The notes under the pieces are model-generated. The model was not told where the DNA came from. It was given only the letters and a program-made list of their open reading frames with translations, and did not search any database. Below, in pieces: positions 56,860 through 64,000 of a stretch of 64,000 bases of DNA. The stretch covers positions 20,956,001 through 21,020,000 of the forward strand of contig OX597823.1 in assembly GCA_951406725.2 (NCBI GenBank). The letters are read 5' to 3'. The position numbers were made by a program, and so were the translations under genes. Source of the stretch: Octopus vulgaris. Taxonomy: Eukaryota. Each line of letters starts with the position of its first letter. The first letter of the stretch is position 1.

Positions 56860-58200
56860 GATATTCTGACGGCGCAACTTGTTAAAAAGAATATCGCTGT
56901 AAATTGTTGAAGTGTTAGATCCAAATAAACACAAAACTTTATTTTTACGTCAGAGAGACGTTTCTCTCAGATCAATGTTGATATTGCAAGCAAAATGCAA
57001 AATGATTTTTAAAATTCCTTTGCACTCAGTTTAGTGATTGGTGAATAAACCGACATACAAGACAACCGACAACTAGCTGTGTTTGCTCGCTACGTCTCTT
57101 CAGAGTTAATTCTGAAATAAGTTGGACCTCGTGGAGTTAAAAGAAACAACTCGTGGCATTGGGATAATAAATGTGCTTGACTGTACTTTAGCAAACGCTG
57201 GCGTTCCACTGAATAAAGTTATCGGTGTTGCTATAGATAGTGTGGAGGCGCAATGGCCCAGTGGTTAGGGCAGCGGACTCGCGGTCATAGGATCGCGGTT
57301 TCGATTCCCAGACCGGGCGTTGTGAGTGTTTATTGAGCGAAAACACCTTAAAGTTCCACGAGGCTCCGGCAGGGGATGGTGGTGATCCATGCTGTACTCT
57401 TTCACCACAACTTTCTCTCACTCTTACTTCCTGTTTCTGTTGTACCTGTATTTCAAGGGGCCGGCCTTGTCACTACGTTAAGGGTGCACGTGTCTGTGGA
57501 GTGCTCAGCCACTTACACGTTAATTTCACGAGCAGGCTGTTCCGTTGATTCGGATCAACTGGAACCCTCATCGTCGTAACCGACGGAGTGCTTCTATCCA
57601 TATAGATAGTGCTCTTATAACAATCGGGGAAAACGAAGGATGAAATGCGTAATTAAAATGGATCTCGGATCTCCAGACTCTCTTCTTGTTCGTAGCATTG
57701 TTCTGTGTGAAGACATTGTAGCCAGGCACTTCAAGAATGAAGATGTAATAAAATGTGTACTTGATGTTCTGAATTACATACGTTTCAATGGGAAGACCCA
57801 CCATTGTGCAGAAATTCTATTGAAGAATTGAACTTAGAGAGAATAATATATCTTTATATTGTATTGCGTGACGGTTATCTGCCTGCAAGTTCTTGAGTAG
57901 GCTTGTGGAACTGTTGGCGCCTATTATTACATTTAAAGAAAAAGAAGTTCTACCCTTAACAGGAAAATGAATGGATGAAAAATCTGATATTCATTACCGA
58001 TACAAATGAATCATTTACAGCCTATCTACTTGGAACCCTAGAGAAACGATAGGACTATTTCTAAGCCCCTTCAGTTTGCAACTTTTAGAGTAAATTGAAA
58101 GATCAGAGAGACATATTGTTGAGAAATTTTACTCATTTTTCTAAACTCAGAGGAAGATTTAAGAAATTCTCTTATACTAAAATAAAAGACTAACACAATC
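56860..58200 (+). pseudogene. Degenerate hAT (Charlie/SPIN-like) transposase remnant interrupted by a SINE
   Basis: SLVIGE*TDIQDNRQLAVFARYV resembles the SL..DESTD....QLA.F.RY motif; VA(T)D-like motif at the SINE insertion site. Confidence 0.55.
57243..57600 (+). mobile_element. SINE family B with 11-bp TSD
   Basis: TSD tatagatagtg at 57232-57242 and 57601-57611. Confidence 0.92.
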
Positions 58201-58617
58201 TGAAAGAAAACAAATGTGAATTACCAAAATTTTTTGACAATTTCCTAACCAGTTTCGATGATTTATGAATATACGTTGGTGTTTCAAATTCATTTTTGAA
58301 ATCGAAATTTGAAAATGCAAACAAAACCAGATGCATTTGCACCTCCAAAGAATCTGTCTATTCAATTCACACACGCTTATCTCAAACGGTCAGGATTTTA
58401 GGGCAAGGGAGTTGGATTTTTAATTTTGTTTTGGTTTTGTTTTGTAAACTCTATGAGGTAGACATAGTCGATCACAAAAATTGAAAACATTTTGGAAAAA
58501 GACGAAAAAGTAAAATTTATAGTTGGATAAACAGCAGTGCTTCCATATGAACTACGGCCTTTCATTTCACTGGTTTCTGTCTGTAGATGACGGCTGTGCT
58601 GGTGCACTAATTACTAT

Positions 58618-58993
58618 GGTACTCCGTCGGTTACGACGGCGAGAGTTCCAGTTGATCCGATGAATGGAACAGCCTTCTTGTGAAATTAATGTGCAAGTGG
58701 CTGAGCACTTCGTAAACACGTGTACCCTCAACGTAGTTCTTGGGGAGATTCAGCCTGACACAGTGTGACAAGGCAGGCCCTTTGAAATATAGGTACAACA
58801 GAAACAGGAAGAAAGAGTGAGAGAAAGTTGTGGCGAAGAAGTTCAGTAGGGTTCGCCGACATCCCCTGCCGGAGCGTCGTGGAGCTTTAGGTGTTTCCGC
58901 TCAATGAACACTCACAACGTCAGGTCTGCGAATCGAAACCACGATCCTATGACCGCGAGTTCACTGACCTAACCACTGGGCTATTGAGCCTCT
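58618..58993 (-). mobile_element. SINE family B
   Basis: Aligns with the 50290 copy. Confidence 0.85.
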
Positions 58994-60256
58994 ACGATTT
59001 ATAGATACAGAACACCTGTCTCACAACTTGAATTCGCGCTTCTGAGATCTTCAGGCGAAAGATGTTACAACTTAGTGTAATTGCTCATTTATGGCCATTC
59101 GTATGAGTGTGGTCTCTTGCTTGTGTCAGGTAATTAGACTCTCTTTTACTATGCGCGCCTTTTGGCTGTAGTTTTTGCATATGTTCGTTGTTAACTAATG
59201 TTTATTTCCTTAAACTTGTTCATTACGAATGTATTTAGGTGTTTCTACTCGTTTGTAACTTATGTTTTTGTTTTACTGAATTTATGCGGAAATTTGCTTA
59301 TCTCAATACGAGTTATTTATTTGACGAATTTCCCAATCTCAGTAATGATTATGATGGTGATAATGATTATGATGTATGTGTGTGTGTGTCTGTGCGAATG
59401 TATGTGTATGTGTGTTTGTCGTTGTTTACTCAAGTCTGTTTCCTTCATTCAAATTAGTTAATATCTTTATGGGATAATTTTGCATTTTGGAGGAGCGTTT
59501 GTATTATGTTTCTTTGGTGCTGATATTATGATTCAATGGCTTAGTGATATCTTTTTATTGGTAAGCTTGGTAATGTGTGTCTATGGTGATTAATGTATTG
59601 GTGTGTGTGCGCGCGCTTGTTTGTTTCATGGGATTTGCCGTATCAATTATATATGGCTGAGTAATTTTGTTAATGTATTTTCCGAATGAATGATGCTCAA
59701 GATCCCCTTAAATACAAATGGTACACTGTTAAACAGAGGATACAGAAGAGCTTCTAAGCTTGACCATCCTGATAGCTGATATACTAGCCATTACTGCCAG
59801 GATTTATTAAATAGCCGAATCGCAACATACAACCAAGGAACTGCTGATAAGTAAACAAAGCCATACACACAAAAACGCACGCTCGCGTAAGTACTCTAGG
59901 TTTGTTAAGCAGTATTGGCTATAAATTACCTAATTTACAAACGCACCTTCTTGTAGCGCACCAATGTATTTATATAAGTATGCGCATCTAAGTAGGATGT
60001 TACATTTGTACGTACAGACCGGCATATCAAAACATATCTAGACAATTGACCACAGTTGTACATACAGATGGACATATACTAAAATCATTTACATATATAT
60101 TCTTATAACATCCAACGCTTGCGTAAAAAAAAATATGCACTCACACACAGGTACAAACACGCACACATACACGTGTACGTGTACATATAGACATATACAC
60201 GTGTATGTATCAAGCTATTTATATATATGCTTTAAGATGTATTTATATCCTCGAAA

Positions 60257-60316
<60 letters not shown>

Positions 60317-60751
60317 GAAATGAGGTACTCAGAAATTCGGATGGTTTTATATTTACAGATATTTATTTGTCTATTACATGTTTTTATACATCATATATCA
60401 CATATCATATACAGCGCTTTCGTCCATTCTGCTGGAGTTTTCAAATTGAATTAAGTTCTTGGAGAAACTTTGACAATTTGTATAGTATTATTGAGTGTGT
60501 AGTGGTGGGAAGGGATATAAGATAGTACAAGAGGGTGATGAATGGGGAGAAAGTGAGAGATAGCATGTGTGTGTGTGTGTGTGTGTGTGCGTGCGTGTGT
60601 GCGTGTGTGTGTGTTTTTGTATATGAAAGAGGTGTTAACGAAAAAGAAATAAAGGAAGAAAAGGAAGAGAAAGAAGAAAAAGTTGTTGTTGGTCTTTTTG
60701 TAGCTGGTCAGGATGTTTACTCCGGCGGGGGGGGCATGAGAGTGTGTTTGT

Positions 60752-60790
<39 letters not shown>

Positions 60791-61441
60791 TGTGTGTGTG
60801 TGTGCGTTTGTACCTGAAAGCGGTATTAAAGAAAAAGAAGGAAAGAAGGTAGAAGGGGAGAAATTTTGTTGATTTCCTTGCACTTGGTAGGTTTGTCAAT
60901 AAGAATTCTTGGCTTACAGTGATTGTAAATCCAGCTGTTTTCTCCAAGGTGGAGGGGGGCAAAGTGTCACTTTTCAATAAATTGTTTGTATTTCCTTTTT
61001 ATCATTGTCTTGTGAGAGTGTGTGTGTGTGTGTGTGTGTGTCTATGTGTGCGCGCGCGCGTGTGTGCATGAGTGTGTGTTTGTGTTTTTGTATCTGAAAG
61101 AGTTGTTAAGGAGGAATGGTAAAGTTGTTAAGAATAAGTCATTGGCTTTTAGCAATGGTCAAGCCAGCTGGGGGCCAGAATGTCACTTTTCAGAAAATTG
61201 TCTGGGTTTCCTTTTTATCTCCGTCTTGTGAGAGAGTGTATGTGTATGTGTATGTGCGTGGTTGTCTGCATATCTGAAAGGAGTGTAAAAAAAACCTTCA
61301 AATATAAATATTTTTCCACACACATCTTTGCCAGTATATACGCAGTGAAGCTTTACAATAGCGTCGTATTTGTATCGATTGCTATTTTCCAGTAAATATC
61401 GGTGCCTTGTTATCCCACTCATCTGTTTTAATAAGTATATG

Positions 61442-61765
<324 letters not shown>

Positions 61766-62172
61766 AATGTAGATACATGGTTGTTGTAGACTCATTAGAC
61801 AAGTATAACACTCAGAGACATATCGCATTTGCCTGTTTGTTTTTTCACTTAATACAGGACTTACCATTGCTTTAAAAGCCAACAAGTAACTTGTCCTTTT
61901 CGTTACAATTGAGTGCTCGTACTGTTTAGCACCTCTGTTGTGTGATTTCATGTGCTTCGTAAGTCGAATGGCTCTATTAAATAATACACCCAGATATCAG
62001 GAAACCAAATTGTATCACAACTAACAAAATATTATTCCTGTGTGTATTGCCCACATTCTAAAAGTCACTGTGATCAAGACAATATTTTAATCTTTTAGAA
62101 ATTTTTACGGTATCTTAAATCTTAGTCTTTGCATTCCTTTAACTAAAATATATCATTTGCTACTCACAAATA

Positions 62173-62551
62173 GTCGAGGCGCAATGGCCCAGTGATTAGG
62201 TAAGCGGAGTCGCCATCGTAGGATCGTCGTTTCGATTCCCAGATGGGAGCATTGTGAGTGTTTATTGAGCGAAAACATCTAAAGCTCCACGTAGCTCCTG
62301 CAGCGGGGTGGCGAATCCTGCTGTACTCTTTCACCATAACTTTCTCTCAATTTTTCTTCCTGTATCTATTGAGTCTGTATTTCAAAGGGCCGGCCTTGTT
62401 ACACATTTTGTCACGCTGAATCTCCTCGAGAACTACGTTAAGGGTACACGTGTCTGTAGAGTGCTCAGCCTCTTACACGTTAATTTCACAAGCAGGCTGT
62501 TCCTTTGATCGGATCAACTGGAAATCTCGTCGTCGTAACCGACGGAGTGCC
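62173..62551 (+). mobile_element. SINE family B
   Basis: Head gaggcgcaatggcccagtg; TSD-like actcac.aata at 62162 and 62552. Confidence 0.85.
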
Positions 62552-63906
62552 ACTCACGAATAACTCTCACAGCAAATTTTCTGTTTTCTAGGTCCCGGAG
62601 TGAGTCTAGGAACAACGTCTAGAAAACATATCAGTAACAATAACGAAAGCATATTGATCCTTTTATTCCGAGTTGGATACAAGGTCAGTAATTCAAAGAG
62701 GATGGGAAAATTGATTACAAAGACTCAATTACTTCAGTGGCATTTTATTTTAGCGAACTCGAAAAATGAAAAATGCCCTCGATAGAACACGGAACATAAA
62801 AACCCAGAGCAAATAGTACGAGGTATTTTTTCCGACTCTCTAACAACACTACCCATCCATTAAGTTAAACAATTTTTCATATAATTGCTATGATCAGAAA
62901 ATTTTATATTAACGCCAGGACTTGATTAATATCTATTCTATGAAGCCCCTAAATGATAGAAGACAGATTCGATATTGGCCAAATTCGAACTTAGAATGTA
63001 TCGTGTTGAAACTAAATACTGCAAAGTGTTTTGTCCAACGTTCTAACGACTATTCGTATCCAAAAATAATACTCTTGGTCAGATGAAGAATGTTCTTAAG
63101 TAAAAGCGGATTAAAATCCAGCTTGAGTCACGTGATTAGCTTAGCCATGTCGTGCATTGGAATAAGTTGGGATGCATCTTACCTAAGAAAACTAGGATGT
63201 GGCCGAGTTGAATTATCATTACATTGCTATGGTAATGTAATGGGGAGAGGATAAGTACAGGGATGAAGTAATAAGAAATAGGATTATTTAGATATGTTGT
63301 TAGTGCTATTGTATGTCTTCTTTCATCGATAAATCGATGAAACAGTAGGGAAGGTAAAATTCTGTCATAAGAACGTGCAGAATATGAACATTTCAATTTA
63401 TTACGATTGATATAACACAGGAGAGTGTAGAAGAGTGTGTGTATATATATTTGAGTCAACATTAGAGTGTATACATGTGGTGTGGATGTATCTTTGCCTT
63501 TCTATATTTACATGCATATAATGATCAACACATTTTGATACGATTGAAGCAATTACTCGAAATTTCATAACATGAGGTGAGTGTGAATCTACGACTCATG
63601 TAGTTAATCACGCGTATATCTATTTATTTATTTGTAGATGATTGAAGCAATTGATCCATTTTTTATCACCCAAGGTGAACATCGATTGAAACCATCCCAG
63701 TTAAAGAACCGATAGGTTACACAGCCTTACCTTTTCTTCAATAAGAAGCAATCTTTGGGAGCGTTGGCCATCCTCTTAAGACACTGCCAAACCGTTACAG
63801 GAATTTAAAAAGTCAACACCGGTGGTCAAGTACTAATTGTGGGACAAGCACAGAAAACAAACTCACCAAACACACAAGCACTTACACACGCATGCCCGCA
63901 CGCACG

Positions 63907-64000
63907 CACCACCCAAAGTCTGACATAGAAAGGCTATATATACAACGTATGGAAGGTGGTAGAGGCCTTATACAGCTGGAAAACTAATATAAATTAACCA
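63907..64000 (+). pseudogene. R4/Dong RT fragment running off the window end
   Basis: HHPKSDIERLYIQRMEGGRGLIQLEN* matches HHPKADVDRLYLPRAQGGRGLIQFE of the 37288 element. Confidence 0.75.

Noticed and set aside
57244-57320. tRNA gene
   Set aside because: The tRNA-like head continues into a SINE body with a TSD and no proper acceptor stem; the same applies to the other SINE heads.

Overview
AT-rich, microsatellite-saturated eukaryotic DNA with no host gene I can support. The repeat content (tRNA-derived SINEs, R4/Dong, RTE, CR1-group and Penelope retroelements, (TA)n/(TAA)n/(GATA)n arrays) resembles octopus/cephalopod genomes; this is inference from remembered repeat families, not a database result. 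Most ORFs in the track are translated microsatellites. The real coding remnants are all transposon-derived: several R4/Dong RT-RLE fragments, a CR1-group RT 3' half, a Penelope RT plus GIY-YIG, RTE and L1/Tx1 fragments, and Tigger, mariner and hAT remnants. Main observations: (1) several minimal type I hammerhead-ribozyme motifs next to dinucleotide arrays, including a U3:A8 core variant at the 3' end of the Penelope element and one motif inside an inverted repeat whose arm starts 4 nt from the predicted cleavage site; (2) a tRNA-SINE present as 1-4-unit chains inside single target-site duplications, joined at two recurrent positions of the tRNA-like head; (3) retroelement families partitioned among microsatellite types, with a non-coding ~550-bp (TAA)n-embedded element; (4) a 3' hairpin shared by a CR1-group LINE and a SINE; (5) a perfect ~264-bp-arm palindrome. 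All alignments and folds were done by eye, so boundaries are approximate.
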